From positions 12,853 to 76,852 of the forward strand of contig JAPLYL010000005.1 of NCBI GenBank assembly GCA_026395595.1: a stretch of 64,000 nt of DNA. The letters are read 5' to 3'. The translations under genes were made by a program, and so were the position numbers. The DNA is from Candidatus Parcubacteria bacterium. GTDB taxonomy: Bacteria; Patescibacteriota; Minisyncoccia; Phycocordibacterales; CAIJYI01. The notes beneath the pieces were generated by a model. The model was not told where the DNA came from. It searched no databases and saw only the letters and a program-made list of their open reading frames with translations. Shown one piece after another: positions 10,295-19,116 of the stretch; the first letter of the stretch is position 1; each line of letters opens with the position of its first letter.

Positions 10295-10385
10295 TGGCGG
10301 AGAGGAAGAGATTTGAACTCTTGAGGCAGTTTCCCGCCTGCCGGTTTTCGAAACCGGTGCCTTAGACCAACTCAGCCACCTCTCC
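10295..10385 (-). tRNA. tRNA-Ser (CGA), CCA encoded
   Basis: GGAGAGG/CCTCTCC acceptor stem, CCGGT-TTCGAAA-ACCGG anticodon arm, long variable arm. Confidence 0.96.
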
Positions 10386-10472
10386 AAGATTATTTGAGAT
10401 AATCCACAATATAATAGCATACCCCCTTTGATTTTTCCAGACAAATATGATATATTCTAACCATAGCCAACA

Positions 10473-10544
10473 GGCCCTATCGTCTAACGGTTAGGACGGA
10501 AGCTTTTCAAGCTTTAAATCAGAGTTCGATTCTCTGTAGGGTCA
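10473..10544 (+). tRNA. tRNA-Glu (TTC)
   Basis: GGCCCTA/TAGGGTC acceptor stem, GAAGC-TTTTCAA-GCTTT anticodon arm, GTTCGATTC T loop. Confidence 0.95.
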
Positions 10545-10719
10545 CAGCAGAAAACACCGCTTTAATAGGCGGTGTTTTTTGTGGTTTGTAAGGCTCTAAA
10601 AATGTTTTCAGAACCAAAAAAAAACGAGCGAGCTTGACAAATTTTTATTTTTAGTTTAGTATAAAAACTGCATCTAATTCGGATGGAATTATGGGGTGGA
10701 TACCCCAAGGGGCAAACAA

Positions 10720-11229
10720 ATGATTAAGTTCTTTAAAAACGCGAAAACTAATCAAGATAAAGATTTCGATGACTGGAAACAGCAAAAAAATGCCGTTGCC
10801 AAAGGGCTATTGCGAGACTTTCCTTGGCTCTGGGCTATTAGAAACCATCATTCTTGGGATGACGGTGAGTACACCAAGGTTAATCAAAATATGGAAGACC
10901 TCAAATCGGTTCTTAGACAATCATCAGACAACTCCAGATTCTCCGTTTGGGGAATAACAAGTCAGGCGTGTGGAGTCTTCAATGTGAGAGCAACATGCTT
11001 TAACCGTTCAGAAGGAAGTATGTGGGCTGAGGCTATCATGCAACAAAATGAATTGTTATCGGATATTCTTTATCTGGTTATTGTTGATCCACTATGGGGA
11101 GAATCACACCCAACTCGTCGTATCACTATTTTTCGTCACACTGAAAAAAAACGATTGAACGAATTGATTGAACATGTGTGTCAACTTCATGGTAGTAATG
11201 CTCATTGGCTAATTTCCTTAGGCGAATAA
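10720..11229 (+). CDS. Hypothetical protein
   Basis: TTGACA promoter upstream, AAGGGG before ATG 10720, terminator AACCGCTAAACAG...CTGTTTAGCGGTT downstream. Confidence 0.7.
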   Translation: MIKFFKNAKTNQDKDFDDWKQQKNAVAKGLLRDFPWLWAIRNHHSWDDGEYTKVNQNMEDLKSVLRQSSDNSRFSVWGITSQACGVFNVRATCFNRSEGSMWAEAIMQQNELLSDILYLVIVDPLWGESHPTRRITIFRHTEKKRLNELIEHVCQLHGSNAHWLISLGE

Positions 11230-11472
11230 TTAAATTACACAACCGCTAAACAGGAAACTGTTTAGCGGTTTCTTGTTTTTAGGCAATATCACAACACTAC
11301 ATGGACATAATAAACCTCTTCATTGTGCTACTGCAAATTGACTCAGGGTCAAAAGACTAACAGGTTTTTCAAAACAGCGACTCGGAGTACCGAACCGCTG
11401 TTTTATTTGACACCATATATAAAAAACGAGAATGTTTCTATGGCACTTTTCATACAACTCCGTTGCGGAACA

Positions 11473-11501
11473 AGTTCTGAAAGCCACGCAATGGGGTCAC
11501 A
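11473..11501 (+). repeat. 29-bp direct repeat ending in the tRNA-Glu 3' end (copy A)
   Basis: AGTTCTGAAAGCCACGCAATGGGGTCACA, then a terminator nearly identical to the one after tRNA-Glu. Confidence 0.8.
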
Positions 11502-11558
11502 ACAAAAAGCACCGCTTTAATGGGCGGTGTTTTTTTGTGGGAAAGTTGCAAAGTAAAT

Positions 11559-12218
11559 TTAAAACAGGTTTTCTAAATCTTTCAACTTTAGTTCTTTAAA
11601 ATTTGAAAAAATATAATCAGCCTCAAAAAAATCTTCTTTAGGATGATTTTCTGTTACAAATGCAACGGATTTCATGTTTGCATTATTTGCAGCCTCAATC
11701 CCGTTCACGGCATCCTCAATAACGACACAATCCTTAGGTGATACACTAATCCTTTTTGCGGCCTCTAGAAAGACTTCTGGGTTCGGTTTATGACTATTAA
11801 CATCATCGGCTGTTACCAAAGCATCTAATTGGTCAAAAATCCCAAGTAATTTTAAGAAAATTTCAGCTCTATACTTAAAACTCGACGTCGCTACGGCAAT
11901 TTTCATTCCTTTATCTTTGGCTTCTTTAATTAAATTTAAAACTGTGATATCTGGTACTAATCTTTCTTTTAATAGTTCCAACTGATAAGAGAAAGCCTCC
12001 TTTGAAAATTGATCTATGTCTAAATCTTTTGGGATATTTGGATACTCTTCTTTCCACATCTCTAACTGGTCTCTTAATGAGCGGCCTAAATATTTTTTCT
12101 TATCCTTCGAACCTATTTCGACGTTGTATTTTTCCAAAGCCATATTAAATGACCTAGAGATTACCCCTTCTGATTTTATCAGTACTCCGTCCATATCAAA
12201 AATAATTGCTTTTAGCAT
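11559..12218 (-). CDS. HAD-superfamily phosphatase (beta-PGM/CbbY-like)
   Basis: FDMDGV, ATSS, KPNP, EDAVNG motifs. Confidence 0.93.
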   Translation of the reverse strand: MLKAIIFDMDGVLIKSEGVISRSFNMALEKYNVEIGSKDKKKYLGRSLRDQLEMWKEEYPNIPKDLDIDQFSKEAFSYQLELLKERLVPDITVLNLIKEAKDKGMKIAVATSSFKYRAEIFLKLLGIFDQLDALVTADDVNSHKPNPEVFLEAAKRISVSPKDCVVIEDAVNGIEAANNANMKSVAFVTENHPKEDFFEADYIFSNFKELKLKDLENLF

Positions 12219-12322
12219 AGTATATACTTTATATCATAAAATATGATTATACTCTATTTTATGCGTAGTTTAAACTAAAAACGGGTAACTTTTGAATCGC
12301 AAATTTAATATCATTTCGATTC

Positions 12323-12351
12323 AGTTCTGAAAGCCATGCTATGGGGTCACA
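12323..12351 (+). repeat. 29-bp direct repeat ending in the tRNA-Glu 3' end (copy B)
   Basis: AGTTCTGAAAGCCATGCTATGGGGTCACA (27/29 identical to copy A), then hairpin AAAATCACTTGGAGGC-TTC-GCCTCCAAGTGATTTT. Confidence 0.8.
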
Positions 12352-12396
12352 CTAAAAAATCACTTGGAGGCTTCGCCTCCAAGTGATTTTGTTTTA

Positions 12397-12819
12397 CTAC
12401 TGCGGTTTTACACTTGAGTGGTGATGGGCAATCTTCCATTCACCGTTCTCATCTTGCGTCCAGAGAAACGTAAATCTTGCTTCAACGGTTTTTCGTTCGC
12501 CGTCTTGGTCAACCGTAAAGTCGTACATTCCCGAGTGCAAATAGCTGTTCGGAGAAAGCGTTTGGACTTTTTCTTTCACCACTTTCCCTTCGGGGTTTTT
12601 CTGCAAAAAATGTTCAAAATACCCTTCCGTTTCTTCCTGTCCGAATTTGAAATCGGGTGAAAGCGTCGGCAAGAACGTCGCGTCTTCCGTGTACATCTCC
12701 GCCACTTTTTTCGGATCTCGGCTCAAAAGCGCTTCGTTCCAGCGATTAAAATTTTCGGAAACAACTTTTTGTTCTATCGTATTTTGTTGCATAAGCATTT
12801 CTTCTTTTTGTTCAGACAT
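12397..12819 (-). CDS. NTF2-like CaMKII-association-domain protein (SgcJ/EcaC, COG4875-type); candidate iota carbonic anhydrase
   Basis: WNEAL, FLPTLS, YFEHFL, ARFTF and C-terminal HHHSS motif. Confidence 0.82.
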   Translation of the reverse strand: MSEQKEEMLMQQNTIEQKVVSENFNRWNEALLSRDPKKVAEMYTEDATFLPTLSPDFKFGQEETEGYFEHFLQKNPEGKVVKEKVQTLSPNSYLHSGMYDFTVDQDGERKTVEARFTFLWTQDENGEWKIAHHHSSVKPQ

Positions 12820-12918
12820 GAATAAAAATTTACATAATAAAGATTTTTTACCAGTCTTTATCTTAACACTTTTTCATATTGTGTCAAACTCTCATCTATG
12901 GTATCATAATTCGCACGT

Positions 12919-13305
12919 ATGGATGAAGAATTATACAAAGAAAATATCCTTGACCGGTACAAAAACCCGCGCAACAAAAAGGCTCCCGAAAAATACGATA
13001 TTCACGAAGGAGGCGCCAATGCGAGCTGCGGGGACGCGTTGGTCGTATTCCTTTCTTTTGACGAGAACGGGGTTATTACTCAAGCCCACTGGGATGGCGA
13101 AGGATGCGCGGTAAGCCAAGCGGCCGCCGACATGCTTATGGAAAAACTTATCGGAAAAACCATGGAGCAAGTCGGTCTGATCGGAGAACAAGATATTCGG
13201 GATATGCTTGGCATTTCTATCGGCCCTTCCCGCGAAAAGTGCGCTTTCTTGCCGATGAATACCCTCCGAAGATGGCTCGGTGAACCGCAATTTGGACCAC
13301 TCTAA
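12919..13305 (+). CDS. sufU: Fe-S cluster scaffold/sulfur acceptor SufU (NifU-N/IscU family)
   Basis: NASCGD, GCAVSQA, REKCA conserved cysteines. Confidence 0.88.
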   Translation: MDEELYKENILDRYKNPRNKKAPEKYDIHEGGANASCGDALVVFLSFDENGVITQAHWDGEGCAVSQAAADMLMEKLIGKTMEQVGLIGEQDIRDMLGISIGPSREKCAFLPMNTLRRWLGEPQFGPL

Positions 13306-13383
13306 AAGAAAAAAAAGAAATAAGCAAAAAGGAAAAAAGGACGGCAAAAAAAATAGTAAAATAGAAAAATAGCAAATAATAAA

Positions 13384-14109
13384 ATGAAACTGGAAATTAA
13401 AAATCTTTCCGTAACAGCCGAAGAGAAGAACGTCGTGAACGATGTTTCTTTTACTATGAAATCGGGTGAAGTACATATCCTTATGGGTTCCAACGGTTCA
13501 GGAAAAAGTTCCCTCGTGAACGCGCTCATGGGTCATGCGAAATACAAAATCACGAGCGGAAATATCATTCTGGACGAAGAAGACATCACTTCCCTTTCCA
13601 CCGACAAAAAAGCAAAAAAAGGATTGTTTCTTTCTCTCCAGCACCTCCCCGAAATTGACGGCGTTTCTTTCACCAATTTCCTTTACCGCGCCTACAAAGA
13701 AATGAAAGGAAAGGATATCACTCTTTTGGAATTCAATACGTTCGTAAAAGAAGAAGCGGCAAAATACGGACTGGAACCGACTTTTCTCAGACGAAGCGTA
13801 AACGCGGGCCTTTCCGGAGGAGAAAAGAAACAGAGTGAAGCCTTTCAACTGGCTTTCTTTGAACCCGCTTTTGCTTTCTTGGATGAAATCGATTCAGGCG
13901 TAGATATTGATGCCGTAGAAAAAATCTTCAGTGTTATCCGCACTCTGAAAGAAAAAGGAACGAGCTTCCTCCTTATCACTCACTATGGAAAGATACTGGA
14001 AAAAATAACTCCCGATTTTGTTCACATCATGAAAGACGGAAAAATCATCAAAAGCGGAGGACCAGAACTCGCCGAAGAAATTTCAGCGCACGGTTTTAAC
14101 AACAACTAA
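13384..14109 (+). CDS. sufC: Fe-S cluster assembly ATPase SufC
   Basis: GSNGSGKS, NAGLSGGEKK, LDEIDSGVDID, ITHY. Confidence 0.94.
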   Translation: MKLEIKNLSVTAEEKNVVNDVSFTMKSGEVHILMGSNGSGKSSLVNALMGHAKYKITSGNIILDEEDITSLSTDKKAKKGLFLSLQHLPEIDGVSFTNFLYRAYKEMKGKDITLLEFNTFVKEEAAKYGLEPTFLRRSVNAGLSGGEKKQSEAFQLAFFEPAFAFLDEIDSGVDIDAVEKIFSVIRTLKEKGTSFLLITHYGKILEKITPDFVHIMKDGKIIKSGGPELAEEISAHGFNNN

Positions 14110-14110
14110 T

Positions 14111-14398
14111 ATGCTTGCAGAAAAAAACATTTTGGAATCTCTCCGCAAAGTCAAAGACCCGGAAATAAATCTTGATATCGTAGAACTCGGACTCATCCGC
14201 AAAATCACTCTTGATGAAGAAGGCGTGGAAATTCTCATGACCCTAACTTCCCCTTTCTGTCCGTTCGCTGATACTCTCATCGGACAGGTAGAAAAAGAAG
14301 TGGGAAAGTTAGACGGCGCCGGACTCGTGCGGGTGGAAATAACGTTTGACCCGCCATGGGAACCGACACTCGAATTGAAAGAAAAACTCGGACTCTAA
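14111..14398 (+). CDS. Metal-sulfur cluster assembly factor (SufT/PaaD/DUF59)
   Basis: VKDPE..IVELGLI, MTLTSPFCP, FDPPW motifs. Confidence 0.9.
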   Translation: MLAEKNILESLRKVKDPEINLDIVELGLIRKITLDEEGVEILMTLTSPFCPFADTLIGQVEKEVGKLDGAGLVRVEITFDPPWEPTLELKEKLGL

Positions 14399-14442
14399 AA
14401 AAAGAAAATCCCGCTACGGCATGCCGCAGCGGGATTTGTACG

Positions 14443-14802
14443 TTATAAGGTCATACGAAAGACTAAAGGTAAAAAAACAAAGTCGTCATCATCATAAAGT
14501 ACATCGTCGTAATCATAATCAGGCAGATATTCAACCATCCAATCCCTGTCATCGCAATCATAGTCACTGCCGTCATCTGGATCATCTTCAACCCAACTCC
14601 AACCGCCCCAATAACCATTACAATCACAACCGTCCCATGGGTCAAAGTAGTATTCCCCTTCCCGTGATTCCCACGAATAATCCCACCACTCCCAATTTTC
14701 TTCGGTGTCTTCCGTTGACCATCGCAAAGCGATTTCCTTATCAACAATAACAGAATCCGCTTCATTTGGCAGAAGCGTTGCCCTAAAACCTTGTATGCTC
14801 AC
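14443..14802 (-). CDS. Orphan acidic Trp/Tyr/Asp-rich protein (GTG start)
   Basis: TTGACA-17-TATACT promoter at 14852-14880, AGAGGG SD, terminator hairpin at ~14405-14437. Confidence 0.6.
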   Translation of the reverse strand: MSIQGFRATLLPNEADSVIVDKEIALRWSTEDTEENWEWWDYSWESREGEYYFDPWDGCDCNGYWGGWSWVEDDPDDGSDYDCDDRDWMVEYLPDYDYDDVLYDDDDFVFLPLVFRMTL

Positions 14803-14966
14803 GGTAATACCCTCTTTTGAGTGTATGAAAACAACAACCAAACCGGAATCTAGTATAGCATAATGTAGATATAATGTCAACAAATTTTTGTTTTTCAAAC
14901 CCTCTTTTCCTTTTCACAAAAACGAATATGTGGTATAGTAGAGACAAGAGATAAAATCTCTTTTTT

Positions 14967-15587
14967 ATGACAAAAGATCAACAAGACTCAATAGCAAATT
15001 CAAACGTCGGAACAAGAGACTTATACCGATATTCAAAAGAATTGAATACCAGTTACATTGATGTTGAAATAGATTTTTATCGCGAACTCTACAACGAATG
15101 GGATTTCTCCCCTATCACCAATCGCGATCTGGATGAAGAACTTTTTGAGTTCTTGGAATCCTGCGTGGCGGAAATAAATCGCAGACACAAAGTATCTATC
15201 GTTTTCCATATTCCTGAAAGCCTCAAAGACCACGAAAAGGAAGAAAAAAGCATTCAAGGTTTTACCAACTACTTCAATTACGAGATCAGAAAACAGAATA
15301 ATAAAATCCGTGCGATAACAAAGAATGCTCTCGTTTCCGGCTTATACGGTTTGATGTTCCTCTTCGCGGGTACATGGTCAATCAATTTTGTAGATACCCA
15401 TGAACAATTTTCCAACCTCGCCTTTTTAACGGAAGGAATTCTCATCGGCGGATGGGTGCTCGTCTGGGAACTGGTTCATACCGTGTTCTTTGAATCAAAA
15501 GATTTGTTCCACCAAAAATGGATATTGGAACGCCTCCGCGATGCTAAGATAGAATTTGAATACACGGACAAACCGACCTCTTACTAA
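14967..15587 (+). CDS. Hypothetical membrane protein with two C-terminal TM helices
   Basis: D-x-S-P and EGILIGGWVLVWE pattern; clean ORF. Confidence 0.8.
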   Translation: MTKDQQDSIANSNVGTRDLYRYSKELNTSYIDVEIDFYRELYNEWDFSPITNRDLDEELFEFLESCVAEINRRHKVSIVFHIPESLKDHEKEEKSIQGFTNYFNYEIRKQNNKIRAITKNALVSGLYGLMFLFAGTWSINFVDTHEQFSNLAFLTEGILIGGWVLVWELVHTVFFESKDLFHQKWILERLRDAKIEFEYTDKPTSY

Positions 15588-15677
15588 ACCGCCATCAAAA
15601 AATATCGCCTTTCCGCATTTACGGAAAGGCGATATTTCTGATATACTAAGCGTATTATTTAGGCATAAATCATATCT

Positions 15678-16133
15678 ATGACGATACAAGAACAAATACG
15701 AGAAGAGATAAAAAAAGCGATGTTTGCCAAAGACCAGCTTCGGCTTGAAACCATGCGCGGTCTTCTCGCCGCTTTTACCAACGAACTGGTCGCGACCAAA
15801 CGCACTCCGCAAGAACCGCTCCCTGATGAAGATGCGCTCAAAGTCATTAAGCGCGCATCCAACCAAAGGAAGGATTCCATAGACCAATTTGAAAAAGGCG
15901 GACGAAAAGAACTCGCCGACAAAGAACGTGCGGAACTGGCCATCATAGAAACCTTCCTCCCAAAGATGATGAGCAAAGACGAAATCCGAAAAATAGCCGA
16001 AGCTAAAAAAGCGGAACTCGGAGTGAACGACAAATCCAAGATGGGCGTATTCATGGGCACGGTTATGAAAGAACTCAAAGGAAGAGCCGATGGAACAGAT
16101 GTAAAAGAAGTCGTGGAAAGCTTATTTATTTAA
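15678..16133 (+). CDS. GatB/YqeY domain protein
   Basis: IKKAMFAKD, QRKDSI.QFEKGGR.ELA, MGTVMKELKGRADG. Confidence 0.92.
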   Translation: MTIQEQIREEIKKAMFAKDQLRLETMRGLLAAFTNELVATKRTPQEPLPDEDALKVIKRASNQRKDSIDQFEKGGRKELADKERAELAIIETFLPKMMSKDEIRKIAEAKKAELGVNDKSKMGVFMGTVMKELKGRADGTDVKEVVESLFI

Positions 16134-16210
16134 ACCTTTACAAAAACTAATTTGTATTGTAAACTAAAAGCAAACACAAATTGATTTTTGACACATAAAA
16201 GGAGAACTTT

Positions 16211-17125
16211 ATGGAAAAAACATCATCATTAGACAGGGTCGTCGGAAAAGTTTCAGAGGAAGAAAAAACAAATATCTTTGCCAAATTCAAAACAAGATTT
16301 GAAACAACCGATATTCCAAAGCTGAAAGAATTGGAAAGAGAGAAAACCCCCAAAGAACAACAAATACTTCATGAAATAAATGAAGCAACAAATGCGATCC
16401 GCAGGAAATTCGGTCTGGAAGATTTTAACATTCCTGAAGAGATCATGCACATTATCCCCAAAGAAAACTGGGCGACGGAAGGCGAAACCGCCGTATCTCT
16501 CCCAGAACTACAACGTGTTTTGCTTCGCGAAAGAGATCGCGATATTCACTTTGCCGAGAGCGCTTTTCATGAAGCGGTTCACTTCAAATCATACAATGCC
16601 GTTCAAAAACTGACCGACTGTGATGAAGTTGTGAGTTATCGCCACGGTCTGCGTATATGGCCCCGTTCCAAAGAAAAAAGAAATTCCCTTCCGAACGGCG
16701 ACCCGTTGAGTTATTTTACCGACCTGAACGAAGCGGTAACGGAAGAGCTCACCAGACAATACATCATGATCCAAAAAGAGAATCCACTCTACAAAAAAGA
16801 TTTTGATGAAACGAAAGAGTTAAAAGAAGAAGCGTTAAAAAAGGGACAGTATAAACTTCTACTGGATCAGGAAATTTTTTCTCTGTTCAAAGACCCCGGC
16901 GATGAAACAATACGATATGCGAAATTTGCCTACCCAGCAGAACGTTTCTCTCTCTTCCAGATCAGAAACGACCTCTTCCAAAAAAATCGTGATATTTTCA
17001 AAACCTCGGAAGAAGTCCTTGATGTTTTCGCCAGAGCGATGTTCACGGGAAATATGATGGAACTTTCGCACCTCATGGAAAAGACCTTCGGCAAAGGAAC
17101 CATGCGAGCCGTCGGAACGCCGTAA
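16211..17125 (+). CDS. Hypothetical protein with zincin-like HExxH...NEAVTE motif
   Basis: FHEAVH and LNEAVTEE; AAGGAG SD; terminator AAACGCATCCCTA-a-TAGGGATGCGTTT. Confidence 0.75.
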   Translation: MEKTSSLDRVVGKVSEEEKTNIFAKFKTRFETTDIPKLKELEREKTPKEQQILHEINEATNAIRRKFGLEDFNIPEEIMHIIPKENWATEGETAVSLPELQRVLLRERDRDIHFAESAFHEAVHFKSYNAVQKLTDCDEVVSYRHGLRIWPRSKEKRNSLPNGDPLSYFTDLNEAVTEELTRQYIMIQKENPLYKKDFDETKELKEEALKKGQYKLLLDQEIFSLFKDPGDETIRYAKFAYPAERFSLFQIRNDLFQKNRDIFKTSEEVLDVFARAMFTGNMMELSHLMEKTFGKGTMRAVGTP

Positions 17126-17251
17126 AATACCACTCAATGTAAAAGCAAACGCATCCCTAATAGGGATGCGTTTTTTTGTAAAAACAATGTCTTTACAAAA
17201 TCAGATTTGCGTTATAGTCTAAAAACAGATAGGTATTGATTTTCACGTAAA

Positions 17252-17314
17252 CTCGCCTACGCCAACCCTCCTTTGCTAAAGTTACGGCAGAGCAAGAGGC
17301 TACGGCGAAGCGAA
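17252..17314 (+). repeat. Nested pair of CTACGC/GCTACGGC-type short palindromic repeats
   Basis: CGCCTACGCCAA[CCCTCCTTTGCTAAAGTTACGGCAGAGCAAG]AGGCTACGGCGAAGCG. Confidence 0.55.
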
Positions 17315-17327
17315 GAAGGAGGTTCTA

Positions 17328-17921
17328 ATGAATACCGCGCTGTTTTTCTCTCTCCTCTCCGGAGTTCTTATTTTGTTCGGGTATATCATCTATAACCGCG
17401 GGATATTTCTTGGGACATGCCGTCCTAATGCCGTCTCTTGGGCGGTGTGGACGATGACATCAATTCTCAACTTGATGAGTTATTTCGTCATAACAGATGA
17501 CATTCTCAAAGTTGGCATGTCTGCGGTCTCCACCCTCGCTTGTCTTCTTACTTTTATTTTCTTACTCGGCAAAAAAAGCTACGGACCATTATCCCTCGTT
17601 GAGAAAATAACAATCGGTATCGGGATTATCTCCGCTTTCGCCTGGTGGCAATTTCATTCCGCCGTATCAGGAAACTTGATACTGCAATTCGCTATTATCG
17701 CCGGTTTTATTTCCACATATCGGAGTATCTGGAAAAACCCGTCAGGAGAAAGCCTTCTCTCTTGGACGCTATTCACCCTCGCTTATGCTTCTCTGGCGAC
17801 TACGGTCGTTCTTTGCGGGAACGAAAGTTTACCTGAACTGATATATCCCTTCTTGGGTCTGTTCCTGCACTTCACTTCGGCTTTTCTTATCATAATGAGA
17901 AGAAGGTCCCATAAGGCTTGA
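17328..17921 (+). CDS. Multi-pass membrane protein (probable homologue of 51339-51980)
   Basis: About 7 TM segments; P-N-x-x-S-W and T-Y/W...P-x-x-E patterns shared with 51339 ORF; AAGGAGGT SD. Confidence 0.8.
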   Translation: MNTALFFSLLSGVLILFGYIIYNRGIFLGTCRPNAVSWAVWTMTSILNLMSYFVITDDILKVGMSAVSTLACLLTFIFLLGKKSYGPLSLVEKITIGIGIISAFAWWQFHSAVSGNLILQFAIIAGFISTYRSIWKNPSGESLLSWTLFTLAYASLATTVVLCGNESLPELIYPFLGLFLHFTSAFLIIMRRRSHKA

Positions 17922-17946
17922 CATTATTAAGAAAGTAGCGTATAAT
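17918..17946 (+). promoter_or_regulatory. Perfect sigma-70 consensus promoter
   Basis: TTGACA-17 bp-TATAAT. Confidence 0.85.
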
Positions 17947-18000
17947 AGATATTAGGTTCATCACAGACCTCCCTCAAACAAACCAATAGAAGGTTATAGT

Positions 18001-18138
18001 ATGAAAGGAAGAGACAAGCAAGGCCGAGAAAAAGGCAAAAAGCCACTTTTGACACCGGAAGAAAAACGTCGTCAAAAACGCGAACGTAAGCAAGAAAAAA
18101 CTACTGGCGAACGTTTTAAAGAACAAATGGGTCACTAG
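18001..18138 (+). CDS. Small basic 45-aa protein (not in the ORF track)
   Basis: MKGRDKQGREKGKKPLLTPEEKRRQKRERKQEKTTGERFKEQMGH; consensus promoter upstream, AAGG before ATG, terminator AAAGCCCCAC-tct-GTGGGGCTTT after. Confidence 0.7.
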   Translation: MKGRDKQGREKGKKPLLTPEEKRRQKRERKQEKTTGERFKEQMGH

Positions 18139-18169
18139 ACCCCCAAAGCCCCACTCTGTGGGGCTTTTT

Positions 18170-18856
18170 TTATGGGAGAATGACCGATGGATCTTCTGCT
18201 GAATACTTCCCTATCTGAATACGTCGCAACCCAAAAAGCATCGCAGGGACACCAAGGCGACTCCCTAATTCCTCCGCAAGTGTGCGGATATACGAACCGC
18301 TTGTTACTTCCATCTTTACTTTTATGGTCAAATTTTCACCGTTCCTCTCTATTTCCAAAAGTTCGGCGGATACTACTTCCATCTCTTTTATAGGAGGAGC
18401 CGTGTTCATTTCTTTTTCCGTCAATTCCTTTCCCGCTTCTTTTTTTCGTGCAATAGAGTACAGAGTTTTGCCACCAACTTTTATAGCGGAATACATCGGC
18501 ACAGCAAGCAAATGTTTCCCTGTAAAACCGACAACAACAGACCGTATCATTTCATCAGTAATATGTTCGGTGTCTTTTTCTTCCAAAATTTTTCCTTCCC
18601 TATCGCCCGTCTCCGATTTGTTCCCCAGTAGAATATCCGCAACATATATTTTCGGCAACTTCAAAAACTCCGACATTTTTTTCGTCCCTTCATTCACCCC
18701 GATAATCATAAGCCCCGAAGCCAGCGGATCAAGCGTCCCCGCGTGTCCCATTTTCCAAATCCCCATTTTTTTCCGCAAAAGCCGAATAACATCAAAAGAG
18801 GTGATGCCAGTAGGCTTATCAACTAACAAGATATTTTCAAGTAATGTATTGTCCAT
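18170..18856 (-). CDS. truB: tRNA pseudouridine(55) synthase
   Basis: DKPTGITS, GHAGTLDPLASG, PMYSAIKVGG, GSYIRTL. Confidence 0.96.
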   Translation of the reverse strand: MDNTLLENILLVDKPTGITSFDVIRLLRKKMGIWKMGHAGTLDPLASGLMIIGVNEGTKKMSEFLKLPKIYVADILLGNKSETGDREGKILEEKDTEHITDEMIRSVVVGFTGKHLLAVPMYSAIKVGGKTLYSIARKKEAGKELTEKEMNTAPPIKEMEVVSAELLEIERNGENLTIKVKMEVTSGSYIRTLAEELGSRLGVPAMLFGLRRIQIGKYSAEDPSVILP

Positions 18857-18947
18857 TGCTTTATACTATACAAAAATAGGAAAATAGAAAGATTAAAGAC
18901 AGGAACGCGTATTTCCTCACGCCTTATAAAATACCTCTATATTTATT

Positions 18948-19067
18948 GCCGGACCGAGGTTGTACCTCGGTACGAAACATTTGTGTGACAAAATAAATTT
19001 TAATTTTTAAGCTGAACTTTATTGTGTTATCCAAATGTTTCGGTTCGGAGCACAACTCCGAACCGGC
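18948..19067. repeat. Inverted doublet of REP-like hairpins (REPIN-like)
   Basis: GCCGGACCGAGGTTGTACCTCGGTACGAAACATTTG ... CAAATGTTTCGGTTCGGAGCACAACTCCGAACCGGC. Confidence 0.75.
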
Positions 19068-19116
19068 GACAGAGGTGTGATTAGTTAAAAGAAAACCTGC
19101 CAATCTTTCTATTCAT

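Noticed and set aside
10181-10444. 87-aa ORF
   Set aside because: Overlaps tRNA-Ser; spurious
10545-12392. Integron with attC cassettes
   Set aside because: No integron integrase and no convincing RYYYAAC/GTTRRRY attC boxes; the boundaries are tRNA-end duplications
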